26,346 nucleotides of DNA from Candidatus Micrarchaeota archaeon (lineage in GTDB: Archaea > Micrarchaeota > Micrarchaeia > Norongarragalinales > SBBD01), in assembly GCA_043813365.1 (NCBI GenBank), contig JBDRLB010000059.1, positions 1 through 26,346 of the forward strand, in the 5' to 3' direction. This document shows, in pieces, positions 1-8,602 of the stretch (position 1 is its first letter; each line of letters begins with the position of its first letter). The notes below the pieces were generated by a model. It saw only the letters and a program-made list of their open reading frames with translations, searched no databases and was not told where the DNA came from. The position numbers were made by a program, and so were the translations under genes.

Positions 1-12
1 ATACAGACAACC

Positions 13-54
13 TCGGCGGCGAAGCTACGGCCCCGTAAGGGGCCTCGCCGCCGA
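13..54. repeat. GC-rich nested hairpin with GTAA tetraloop
   Basis: TCGGCGGCGA(13-22)/TCGCCGCCGA(45-54) encloses GGCCCC-GTAA-GGGGCC (29-44) with a 6-nt bulge. Confidence 0.75.
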
Positions 55-88
55 ATCAATAACGCTCGCGCTGAAGAAAAAGAAATGT

Positions 89-128
89 GCTGATTCATCC
101 GTCGTTTGAAAGCGACGGATTTCTCAGC
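89..128. mobile_element. IS200/IS605(IS607)-like subterminal palindrome, possible element end or remnant
   Basis: GCTGA-TTC-ATCCGTCGTT-TGAA-AGCGACGGAT-TTC-TCAGC; resembles the TTCATCC...AAAG...TTC hairpins of this family; no transposase in the window. Confidence 0.45.
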
Positions 129-150
129 CTAAGGTATTAAACAATGAGAT

Positions 151-516
151 CTAATCCGAGTCAACTATCTTTTTCATCCTTGAGACGAATTCCTCGGCCT
201 TGAAGGGCTTCATGATGTAGTCGCACACCCCCTTGTTTTTCAACTCGCCAAAGCGCTCGTTGCTGATGGGTATGCCGCTTATGAACGCGAACTTTGCGGA
301 GTAGTTGCTTTTGCGGAGGGAATCGTAAATATCCCAGCCGGACATGTCGGGAAGCATGACATCCAATAGCACAAGATGGTATTGCTTTTCCTTAGCCTTG
401 CCCAGCCCCTCTTTCCCATCATTTGCAATATCCGTCTCGATGCCCGCATTCCCCAGTATGAGCCTGACTGCCTCGGCCGTATCCCGGCTGTCCTCAACGT
501 AAAGCACTTTTTTCAT
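151..516 (-). CDS. Single-domain response regulator (CheY-like receiver), 121 aa
   Basis: MKKVLYVED...LLDVMLPDMSG...ISG...KPF: acidic pocket, phospho-Asp, Ser and Lys all present; alternative ATG at 561. Confidence 0.93.
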   Translation of the reverse strand: MKKVLYVEDSRDTAEAVRLILGNAGIETDIANDGKEGLGKAKEKQYHLVLLDVMLPDMSGWDIYDSLRKSNYSAKFAFISGIPISNERFGELKNKGVCDYIMKPFKAEEFVSRMKKIVDSD

Positions 517-596
517 CCAGATGCCCTTTTTTCCAAGCTCAATTGCGTCAGGCGTACCCATACTTTCAGACCTTCTTTTGGATAGGGTAGAATTCG

Positions 597-680
597 TAAT
601 ATTTATAAATACAACCATAATAGGTGTATAAAGATATATAATTTTTATAAAAAGGATATAATAAATATAACGGAGGGCAT
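597..680. promoter_or_regulatory. Very AT-rich divergent promoter region between receiver and UbiA genes
   Basis: Several TATA-like boxes, perfect palindrome TTTTTATAAAAA (642-653), SD GGAGG (672-676) before ATG 683. Confidence 0.65.
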
Positions 681-682
681 AA

Positions 683-1639
683 ATGGCCAACGGCTCAGCA
701 AGCATGCGGAGTTGGTACGGCTCCAGAATTGTAGACAGCCTCGTATCCGAAGTGGATTTTACCTTTCCCTTCAGCAGGCAAGAATTCCATGCACCCTCAT
801 TGTACCAGGATTTCATGTCCTTGACCAAGATCAACAGGACCGGAACTGCGATAACATCGCTTATAGGGGGCATAGGATATGCCACGCAGTTTTCCGGCGA
901 TGCTTCTTTGCTCATGCTCCAAGGCGCGGTTTCGCTTGTTTTCGCATATGTGCCAATATCCATCCTGAATGATATCCTGGACGCGGATGCCGACAGGCTG
1001 AACGAATCTGAAAGGCCGATTGCAAGGGGTGCCCTTTCCCCCATTATGGCGATGGGGATGGCATCAATAGTATTATTCCTAGGGATGTTGGTAACCCTCG
1101 GGTTCGGCACGATGTTCGCTGCATTTTTCCTGGCAGAATTTGCCCTCGGCTTGATTTATTGCTTTTGGGCAAAGAGAATGGGCTCGTTTTCCTATGCGCT
1201 GCTTGGATTCACCCATATCGGATTCCCGTTCATAATGGGCGCATTGCTGGGCGGCGGTTTCTCCGAAAACACACTTCTGGTCGGGGCATACGTCTACCTG
1301 ACAATGTTCCTTTGTATTTCGATAAAGGATTTCAAGGACATCGAAGGCGACAAAAAAACCGGCGTGAGGACCTTCCCACTGATATTTGGCAAGGAAAGGG
1401 CATACCGGATCACAGCAACGGCATTCTTGTTCGCCCCGCTGACTTTCTTCATTCCCTGGATCGCAATGCACCTTTCTGCCGGATTTGTTGCGGCATATTC
1501 GGTTGTGTCCGCGTGGAAACTCAAGAATGCGAAGCTGATGCTAAAAACGCCATCCGCCGAACGTTCCAGGAAAATACTCGACCAGTTCCGCTTTGCGGTG
1601 ATGGGAGAAATGATTGCATGGGGTGTAGCGACAATATGA
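683..1639 (+). CDS. UbiA-family membrane prenyltransferase (DGGGP synthase-like)
   Basis: NDILDADADRLN..RPIARG and KDFKDIEGDKKTGVRTFP Asp-rich motifs, multiple TM helices. Confidence 0.93.
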   Translation: MANGSASMRSWYGSRIVDSLVSEVDFTFPFSRQEFHAPSLYQDFMSLTKINRTGTAITSLIGGIGYATQFSGDASLLMLQGAVSLVFAYVPISILNDILDADADRLNESERPIARGALSPIMAMGMASIVLFLGMLVTLGFGTMFAAFFLAEFALGLIYCFWAKRMGSFSYALLGFTHIGFPFIMGALLGGGFSENTLLVGAYVYLTMFLCISIKDFKDIEGDKKTGVRTFPLIFGKERAYRITATAFLFAPLTFFIPWIAMHLSAGFVAAYSVVSAWKLKNAKLMLKTPSAERSRKILDQFRFAVMGEMIAWGVATI

Positions 1640-1803
1640 GGAAGAATATGGGGCAGATGCAGATAATGGTCAGCCAAGTGCCGGAAAACGGCCATCATGG
1701 CACGAAGTCGGAAAATAAGCGGGGGGCCATTTACGTGCCAGCATACGGAACAAAGGCGGACAATTCCAATGCCAACGCGTTCCAGCTCAAATGGGAGGAT
1801 TGA
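1636..1803 (+). CDS. Putative 55-aa peptide ending ...NAFQLKWED; candidate ComX-like precursor
   Basis: ATGA start/stop overlap with the UbiA gene; MRKNMGQMQIMVSQVPENGHHGTKSENKRGAIYVPAYGTKADNSNANAFQLKWED; fills most of a ~280-bp gap. Confidence 0.45.
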   Translation: MRKNMGQMQIMVSQVPENGHHGTKSENKRGAIYVPAYGTKADNSNANAFQLKWED

Positions 1804-1920
1804 GCATTCCGGCGCGAGTGCCGATACAAATTGCACCGGCATTTTTGGGCTCGGCGGCTTGCTGCCAAATACGGGAAACTATTTAAGGCGCGTCCAGTTA
1901 TCCTTATCAGAGGGATTCTG

Positions 1921-2478
1921 ATGGGCCTAGATTCAGCGCGGAAGATGGTTTTCCTGAAGCAGATACGCGATGAAAACGGGATGCTCGTCGTGTTCGGGAA
2001 GCCCTGCTTCTTCATGCCCGCTAGGATGTTAATTGAAATCCAGGCCGAATTAAGTGCGTCGTTCGGGAAGGAAAAAGTGGGCAAAGCATTCTTCGAGGTG
2101 GGCAGGAGGAGGACGCACAAGGGCGCGCTTTTCTTTTCCGCCTTGAGGGGAGTCAACCGTGCATTTGAAACGCTGCACCTCGGCTCGCCCCTGCTTGAAC
2201 TCGGGGCATTGTCCCTAAGCTCAACAGGCTGGGGGGATTTTACCGTTATGAAATTGGGAAAAAACCGCATTATTGCAAAATGCCCAAACTCCCCCCTTGC
2301 TGCAGCCTATAGGAAGGAAATCGGCTTCTCAAAAGAACCAGTTTGCGGCATCCTTGCGGGAATGATTGCCGGTGCAGCTGAAGTTTGGCAGGGAGGCAGT
2401 TTCAGTGCAAAGGAAACCAGCTGCGCAGCCATGGGAAAAGCAAAGGAATGCGTATTCGAGGTTGTAAAAAAGGGATGA
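1921..2478 (+). CDS. V4R (4-vinyl reductase) domain ligand-binding protein
   Basis: TGWGDF..NSP..PVC..AGMIAG..ETSCAAMG..CVFEV V4R signature; TATA-like TATTTAAG at 1880-1887 supports ATG 1921. Confidence 0.9.
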   Translation: MGLDSARKMVFLKQIRDENGMLVVFGKPCFFMPARMLIEIQAELSASFGKEKVGKAFFEVGRRRTHKGALFFSALRGVNRAFETLHLGSPLLELGALSLSSTGWGDFTVMKLGKNRIIAKCPNSPLAAAYRKEIGFSKEPVCGILAGMIAGAAEVWQGGSFSAKETSCAAMGKAKECVFEVVKKG

Positions 2479-2509
2479 ATCCCCATTTCCAAGGGAATAA
2501 TACATTCCA

Positions 2510-3262
2510 TCAGGATGAATTCTTTACGACGATTCCCTTTCCTTTCTTGATGATGAACTCATGAACGCCGCCCTTATAGTCGCCGCCCCTCAGCTTCACT
2601 ACAGTAACGGTCCGCAGGACATTTTCCTCGCCGAGTATCTGCTGATCCAGAAGGATTATGCCATCGCAGATGAATTCGCTCACCGTATCGCGCGAATACC
2701 ATTCGGAATTCTTAGGCAGCTCGGAAATCAATATGGTGGTGCAGCCGAGCTTCCGGATTTCCTCAAGCATGTAATAGATCATCTGCTTCTTGATCCCATC
2801 ACCCATAGCAATCGGCGGCTGGTGGGTTGTTTTTTTAAGGAACTCAATCATGTCCTCCGGAAGGTTTCTGTAAGATGAGGCGTAAACAGTCATTATGGAA
2901 ACAGAATCGATAACAAGCCTTTTGGCGCCCAATTTCTTCACGTGCTCCTTCAAGTCGTCAAATGCGGCATACAGGTCGCTGGGGTCAAGTCGGATAATCT
3001 CCAATTTGCCATTGGCTGCAAGCTCCCTCACTCCGAGCCCCAGGCGTTCCGCCTGCTCCGTAAGGTAACCGGTACTGGATTCGAAAGTCGCGTATATGCC
3101 GGTTTCGCCCGCCCTCGCGGCTTCTGAAATGAATTGCATTGCCAAAAGCGTCTTGCCGGTCCCGGGTGTGCCGGACACAAGTATTTGGTCTCCTGCATGC
3201 ACGCCGTCCGGTATGATGGAATCAAGCGGCTTGAACCCGACGTTTTTCCTTTGGTGTTCCAT
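2510..3262 (-). CDS. KaiC/RAD55-family single-domain RecA-superfamily ATPase
   Basis: Walker A GTPGTGKT, Walker B LVIDS, DGII and VKLRG motifs; ATG at 3262. Confidence 0.93.
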   Translation of the reverse strand: MEHQRKNVGFKPLDSIIPDGVHAGDQILVSGTPGTGKTLLAMQFISEAARAGETGIYATFESSTGYLTEQAERLGLGVRELAANGKLEIIRLDPSDLYAAFDDLKEHVKKLGAKRLVIDSVSIMTVYASSYRNLPEDMIEFLKKTTHQPPIAMGDGIKKQMIYYMLEEIRKLGCTTILISELPKNSEWYSRDTVSEFICDGIILLDQQILGEENVLRTVTVVKLRGGDYKGGVHEFIIKKGKGIVVKNSS

Positions 3263-3367
3263 GGTAATCCCAGAAAGGTAATGGAGTAATTGCACTTTAT
3301 AATAATTACCCTTTACACTATAAGGTTTATAACTTATGCATATTATTTACTATCGTCGGGTGGGTAA

Positions 3368-3772
3368 ATGGACGAGCTTGATGAGAAAATCCTGAAATTC
3401 CTTAAGGAGGACGCGAGCATGCCCATGACGGACATTGCCAAAAAACTCAAAGTCCCAAAGCCTACTGTTTATGTCCGGCTCAACAAGCTGAAGAAAAGTG
3501 GCATCATAAAAAAATTCACCGTTCTCTTGTCATCTCCTTCCGATAAGATGAATACCGCAGTGATCGACTGCAAGGATTTCCTGATTTCAAAGATGACCTC
3601 CAGAACTTCCGGGAAAATAGTGAAGGAACTGAAGCTGAACACCAAGGTCGAGTTCATCGTGCGCATCTCGGATACGCAGCTTCTCGTAGGATGGAGGGGC
3701 GGGCTTGAACTCCCCCGGCTTCCCGGAGTGGAAAACATAACAGGCGCAGACACTTTATACTGGAAGGACTGA
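3368..3772 (+). CDS. Lrp/AsnC-family HTH transcriptional regulator with divergent C-terminal domain
   Basis: MDELDEKILKFLKEDASMPMTDIAKKL..PTVYVRLNKLKKSGIIKKF. Confidence 0.9.
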   Translation: MDELDEKILKFLKEDASMPMTDIAKKLKVPKPTVYVRLNKLKKSGIIKKFTVLLSSPSDKMNTAVIDCKDFLISKMTSRTSGKIVKELKLNTKVEFIVRISDTQLLVGWRGGLELPRLPGVENITGADTLYWKD

Positions 3773-3797
3773 TCCAGCCAGTCCCGCATATTCGAGG

Positions 3798-5141
3798 TTA
3801 AAAATAATCCGCTATTGATTTCTGGTCCGGTTGTTTTTTTCCGGAGTAAGGTTGTTTTGGATTGCCTTCCGCCCCGTTTATTTTTTTATTTTCTTCAAGC
3901 ACCATATTGGAAGGGAGCTGCAGCTCCCCATAATTGCCGTCGTAGCCTGCCTTCACAACCAGTTTACCTTCGCGGTTTGCAATGATCGCTGCCGCCAGTT
4001 TCTCATGCATCTCCTTCCTAAGTGTTGGTTCATCCGCTTCCAGCAGCAAATTGAACTCGCTTTTGAAAACGGACATCAGCCTCTCCGTTTCCGCATACAC
4101 TTTCCGGCTCATTGCTGGGGAAGAGAAGCAAGATGCGACAAGGTCCTGCAAAGGAAGAAGGGATTTGTAGGGGATTGCATCTTTTGGCTTAAATCCATCC
4201 TCCCTGTCCGCGAGCTCCTCAACACGGCTTAACACACCGATAGTGAGCTTGCCCTTGCATTTCGGGCAAATGCCCTTCAGCTTGAGGGTTTCCTTTGGAT
4301 TGCACGAGAAATTGCAGTTCCTATGGCCGTCATAATGATATTTGCCGTAATTCGGGTCGACTTCAACGGTGAATTTGAAATGCTTCCCGTCCTTTTGCTT
4401 GATTGCATTGATCAGATTTTCAAAATTCAACTCCCTCTCCTCAAACTCGAATGCATTGCATTCCCTCCCGATTCGGTAAGGATGCGGCGAATGGGAATCG
4501 GAATTAGATACAAGCGCATATTTATCTAGCTGCGAAAGCCTCCAGTTCATAATAGGATCGCTGCTCATGCCGGTTTCAAGCGCAAAAATGTGCTTCGCCT
4601 GTTCCTCGTAACCCTCCTCAATGGAATTGAATCCGCTATTCGAGCCGAAAATGGAAAACCAGGGGGTCCAGATGTGCGCAGGGATTATTTCGATTTCCTT
4701 GCTTACCTGCTTGCAGATCTCAACCAGCATTGCGGGGGAAGTGCTGCCGAAAATCGGCCTTCCATCGGATGCGAGCGCACCCATTTTGCTCAAACGGTCG
4801 TTCAGCTGCTCTACGATCTCGAAATCCGGTGCCAGCAGGACATGATGCACCTTCTTCACTCCCTTGGGAGTAGAGATGATTGTTGCAACCTCGTTTTGCA
4901 GAATGAAGTAGACTCCTTTTCTTGACGGATCCTTCAGTTCGAACAGCCCCTTTTTACATTCAGCTTCCTTCAATTTGTATTTCAGTTCCGCGAGCCATTT
5001 GGGATGGGAGAAATCGCCCGTTCCCAGAATTTGCAGCCCTTTCTTGCGGCCGCCCTCCTGCAGATGCTCGAGGTCCATCTGCGGCGAAACCGCCCTGCTG
5101 TATTTGGAGTGCAGATGCAAATCAGCGAAGAAAAGTGGCAT
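3798..5141 (-). CDS. endoQ: Endonuclease Q family (PHP domain + zinc finger)
   Basis: DLHLHSKYS, GTGDF, PAHIWTPWF, SNSDSHS, GKYHYDGHRNC..CPKC; C-terminal PIP-like QKSIADYF. Confidence 0.9.
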   Translation of the reverse strand: MPLFFADLHLHSKYSRAVSPQMDLEHLQEGGRKKGLQILGTGDFSHPKWLAELKYKLKEAECKKGLFELKDPSRKGVYFILQNEVATIISTPKGVKKVHHVLLAPDFEIVEQLNDRLSKMGALASDGRPIFGSTSPAMLVEICKQVSKEIEIIPAHIWTPWFSIFGSNSGFNSIEEGYEEQAKHIFALETGMSSDPIMNWRLSQLDKYALVSNSDSHSPHPYRIGRECNAFEFEERELNFENLINAIKQKDGKHFKFTVEVDPNYGKYHYDGHRNCNFSCNPKETLKLKGICPKCKGKLTIGVLSRVEELADREDGFKPKDAIPYKSLLPLQDLVASCFSSPAMSRKVYAETERLMSVFKSEFNLLLEADEPTLRKEMHEKLAAAIIANREGKLVVKAGYDGNYGELQLPSNMVLEENKKINGAEGNPKQPYSGKKQPDQKSIADYF

Positions 5142-5228
5142 GATTGAAAATAGGCGCTATAAGTTATAAATCCATGAATCTGCCAAAAAATCAGTGGGAA
5201 ATAAAAAAGAAAGGAAAAAAGAAAAAAA

Positions 5229-5516
5229 TCACGCGGAATCCTCAAGTTCCAGCTTGACGCCGCCGACCATGCCCGCGAAGATGTTGTAGATAAAGGCACC
5301 GATGAGACCGCTGATGAAACCTATAATTCCATAAATGATCGGCATAACGATTACTCCTGCAATGCCCAGGGCTGCCAATCCGCCTAGGCCACCCGCCATC
5401 CCTCCTACTACGGCTAGCATAAGGCCTGCGAATAAGCCCACAACAGCCATGATTACCCCGTATATCTTTCCCGCAGACATCGGATCCACTGTTTTCAGGA
5501 CTACCATCTTACCCAT
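5229..5516 (-). CDS. Small Gly-rich two-TM membrane protein (DUF3566-like)
   Basis: VDPMSAGK..two hydrophobic helices..IYN..GGVKLELE. Confidence 0.8.
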   Translation of the reverse strand: MGKMVVLKTVDPMSAGKIYGVIMAVVGLFAGLMLAVVGGMAGGLGGLAALGIAGVIVMPIIYGIIGFISGLIGAFIYNIFAGMVGGVKLELEDSA

Positions 5517-5586
5517 GAAACCACCTCAAAATGCTAAGGCTGGGGCGGTATAAAAAATAAGCAGTTGCCGATGATTGACTAAAAAA

Positions 5587-6726
5587 TTAGGGAAGGAAAT
5601 CCTTGTTCGCGATCTTCTCCGGCAGGTAAGTTTTGGAAATGTACTGCAGGTTCTTGCTGGAAAGCGCCTGGATTTCGGCCTTTATCTTTTTGTCAAGGAA
5701 CTTATCGATCTCCTTTTGCCATTCCTTCGGCTTGAACCAGTCGTACGCCTTCATTTCCTGCGCGCGCTTTATGTCCACTTCCTTCGCCTTGATCGTAACA
5801 GCCTTGAGGTCGTAGTGCTCGATGTCGGAGATGCTCATCCCTAAGAATTTCATTTCCTTGCACCCTAAACGGCCCGATTCATGTGCAAGCGCCATGCTGC
5901 CGTATTTCATCGTGGAGTAAATGTACCATCCGTAAGGGTCGGCATCCGTAAGGCAGTAGATTGGAATTTTCAGCTCTTCCGATAAGCGCTGCAGCAGCCT
6001 TCTCGCGCCCCTTGCGGCCTGGCCTGCTGTTGTCATCAGCAAACACTTGTTCTTCTTCCAGTATTCGTCCTCATTCAACCTGTCAAATATTGCGTTTTTC
6101 TCCGCAACAAGCACATAATCTAGATCGTGATCGATGAATTCGATCTGCTCCACAATGGAAGGGATCGCAAGCCCGCCGGATCCCAGCTTTGCAAGGTCGA
6201 TTATGCTCTCCCGATCACGCACGAAATCCTTGATCCTCATGGTGCCGGCCATCCTTCCTTTCGGCTCCGCCCTCAGGTGGAGCATTTCACGGAAAGTATC
6301 AAGAGCCACCTCGAAATCCACAATTGCAAGGTCGGACTCCTTCTGCTCATCAATCGTATCTTCCCTTGTGCCATGGATCGTTCTCTTCTTCGCGTAGTAA
6401 AGGTCACGAAGCGTTGCAGTCAGATTGTTTTCCAGCAAATCCTTCTTTACATAGCTCGCGACGAGCATCGTCTGCATGAACCTCCTTGCGTGGGAAACGT
6501 TGAAGAGGTACCGTTTTGCAACCTTGTCTCCCAAAACGATTTTCTTGTTCTTCTCGTCAAAGGCGACGTTGCTGCTTCCCCTTACAGGAATGTCGATGTG
6601 GGGATTCTCATTCTTGTCGATTTCATCAATCAGCCCGTCGGCGAATTTGCCGATGCGTTTCAGTATCTCCTCGCGGTTCTTCTCGCGCTTCGCCATCCCC
6701 CCAACGTCCTTTTTTTCCTCGGCCAT
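5587..6726 (-). CDS. top6A: DNA topoisomerase VI subunit A
   Basis: TLRDLYY catalytic Tyr, Toprim AEK and DADPYG, KAEIQAL; start taken at MAEEKK (6726). Confidence 0.97.
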   Translation of the reverse strand: MAEEKKDVGGMAKREKNREEILKRIGKFADGLIDEIDKNENPHIDIPVRGSSNVAFDEKNKKIVLGDKVAKRYLFNVSHARRFMQTMLVASYVKKDLLENNLTATLRDLYYAKKRTIHGTREDTIDEQKESDLAIVDFEVALDTFREMLHLRAEPKGRMAGTMRIKDFVRDRESIIDLAKLGSGGLAIPSIVEQIEFIDHDLDYVLVAEKNAIFDRLNEDEYWKKNKCLLMTTAGQAARGARRLLQRLSEELKIPIYCLTDADPYGWYIYSTMKYGSMALAHESGRLGCKEMKFLGMSISDIEHYDLKAVTIKAKEVDIKRAQEMKAYDWFKPKEWQKEIDKFLDKKIKAEIQALSSKNLQYISKTYLPEKIANKDFLP

Positions 6727-6751
6727 AATTGTCACCAGAAAATACTTGCCC

Positions 6752-8578
6752 CTAATCATCCTTTTCCTCTGCCTTCATGTCCTCATCGACATCGCCTATC
6801 TCCTCCAGCTCCTCCTCCTTCTCTGCAAGCTTTGTGCGCTCTTCGGCTATTTTCCGGAGCTTCTCCTGTATTTTTACCTTTTCAACTCCCTTGATGTCAT
6901 GAAGCGCTTCCGCAACCTCCCCTATGTAACGGAAGAATATCTGCCGCCTTCTTTCCTGGTCCTCGGCTTTCTGCATCGAATGCAGGTACATCGAAATTTC
7001 CCTCGCGGCCTCCATCAATGCGGACCTTATTTCCTCGATGATTTCCTCCTCCTGAGAGATCGCAAGCTTGCCCGTACCAGTATAGGGAACGTAAACGGAA
7101 ACGAAATTGATGAAAAGCGTTATGGGAAGCTCCTCCCATTTACGGAGGTCATAGCGGCCCCAGTCAATGCTCTTTACTGCCTCCATGGTTGCGCAGCTGC
7201 CTGCATCAAAAAGCAGCGGGACTGAATTTGCATACCGAACAACTTCCCCGACCCGGCGGATGCCTACCTTATTCTCCGTTCCTTTTGCCATTGCAGCTGA
7301 TGCCTCGCTCCCGGATTTCCCACCATACGCGATCGCGGCCTCAACCAGGAAGGGTATTCCTCCGCGGAAAACATGCGGTTTCCTCTCCGCGACCTTCATC
7401 ACATCGGGCTGCAATAAATTTTTCAGGCTTTTCTTGAGCTGCTCCTCCCCTATGGGTATCAGCACATCGGTTTCGGGCGCGATCCATTTCACTTTCTGGA
7501 ATGAGAGAACGATCTGCTCCGCTTCTGGCCATTGCAAAGTGGAGGGGGCGCGGTTGAAATCAACAGAAGGGCAAAGCGCCTGCAGTTCCTTGACCTTGTC
7601 GCCGCTTACCCTTGTGAATTCCTGCTGCAGGAAGGATGAAATTTTCCTGTTCTGCGAAACAAGCGCCAGATCCATGAGGTCGCTGGTTGAAATTCCAAGC
7701 GGATGCGGGAGGGAATCCTTCGCTTTGGGAGGGATTTTAGTGCTCGCTCTTGGGAAAACAACAATGTCCTTTGTAGGCTCTATCAAAGTTATCTGCACGT
7801 GCGGATTTGCGAGTGCGGTTCTCCGCAAATACTCGTAAACGGAATATTCGGACCTATTGTAACCGACCTCGGAGAATTCCGCCTCGACCCGCAAGCCGCG
7901 GTAATTTCCGCTGTATTCCTTCTCATTGGCGATGATAGGGGAGTTCTTTTTCACATCAATTGAAACTTCGCACTCGTAAATTTTGTAATTTCCGATGCTC
8001 GTCTTCACTTTGGTGGGCTTGCCGGTGGTGATTTGCGCAAAAAGCGTGGCGCCCTTCGCACCGATCCCCTGCTGCCCCCTCCTCTGCCTCCTTTGGTGGA
8101 ACTTCGTGCCGGAAAGCAGTTCTCCGAGCGCATTGCCCACCTTGGATTTGGGGATGCCGGTGCCGTTATCCTCTACAATGACCTTGAGGTGATCATTTAC
8201 CTCCTGGATTTCAACTTTGATGTCGGGAAGGATTTTTGCATCCTCAGCGGCATCAATGGAATTCGTCACATATTCGTGGATGATTGTTGTAAGCGATCTC
8301 ACTTTGCCCGCATAGCCCAGCATCTGCCGGTTCTTCTTGAAAAACTCCGCAACGGAATATTCCTTGTACTCCTTTGCGAGCTGGTGTTCCAGATCCTCTG
8401 CGGATGGCTCTGAAGTTTTTGACGGCGGTGCAACTTTGGATGGAGCCCCTGAAGCCGCGCCTCCCTTTTCAGCTGGTTTCGCTTGCTCAAGGGGCTTATC
8501 CCTCTCATTCCTGTTGCCTATGAGTTTTGCCGCATTCCTCGCCATTTCGCGTGGATCGGGCTTTTTCAGATCTGCCAT
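6752..8578 (-). CDS. top6B: DNA topoisomerase VI subunit B
   Basis: GHKL motifs HEYVTNSIDA, EDNGTGI, RGQQGIG; transducer RYAN.VPL; ~70-aa low-complexity N-terminal extension. Confidence 0.97.
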   Translation of the reverse strand: MADLKKPDPREMARNAAKLIGNRNERDKPLEQAKPAEKGGAASGAPSKVAPPSKTSEPSAEDLEHQLAKEYKEYSVAEFFKKNRQMLGYAGKVRSLTTIIHEYVTNSIDAAEDAKILPDIKVEIQEVNDHLKVIVEDNGTGIPKSKVGNALGELLSGTKFHQRRQRRGQQGIGAKGATLFAQITTGKPTKVKTSIGNYKIYECEVSIDVKKNSPIIANEKEYSGNYRGLRVEAEFSEVGYNRSEYSVYEYLRRTALANPHVQITLIEPTKDIVVFPRASTKIPPKAKDSLPHPLGISTSDLMDLALVSQNRKISSFLQQEFTRVSGDKVKELQALCPSVDFNRAPSTLQWPEAEQIVLSFQKVKWIAPETDVLIPIGEEQLKKSLKNLLQPDVMKVAERKPHVFRGGIPFLVEAAIAYGGKSGSEASAAMAKGTENKVGIRRVGEVVRYANSVPLLFDAGSCATMEAVKSIDWGRYDLRKWEELPITLFINFVSVYVPYTGTGKLAISQEEEIIEEIRSALMEAAREISMYLHSMQKAEDQERRRQIFFRYIGEVAEALHDIKGVEKVKIQEKLRKIAEERTKLAEKEEELEEIGDVDEDMKAEEKDD

Positions 8579-8602
8579 AAAAAACACCAAAAAAATTTTC
8601 CA

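Noticed and set aside
562..1110. N-terminal extension of the 319-aa ORF 151..1110
   Set aside because: Antisense to the UbiA gene and runs through the AT-rich promoter; the receiver domain starts at 516 (or 561)
1294..1842. Minus-strand ORF with CSVC...HLADH zinc-finger-like pattern
   Set aside because: Overlaps UbiA antisense by about 345 bp and the spacing is atypical; the coupled plus-strand peptide explains the gap better, though not fully excluded
1697..1921. 74-aa plus-strand ORF
   Set aside because: No recognisable features and it spans the likely V4R promoter
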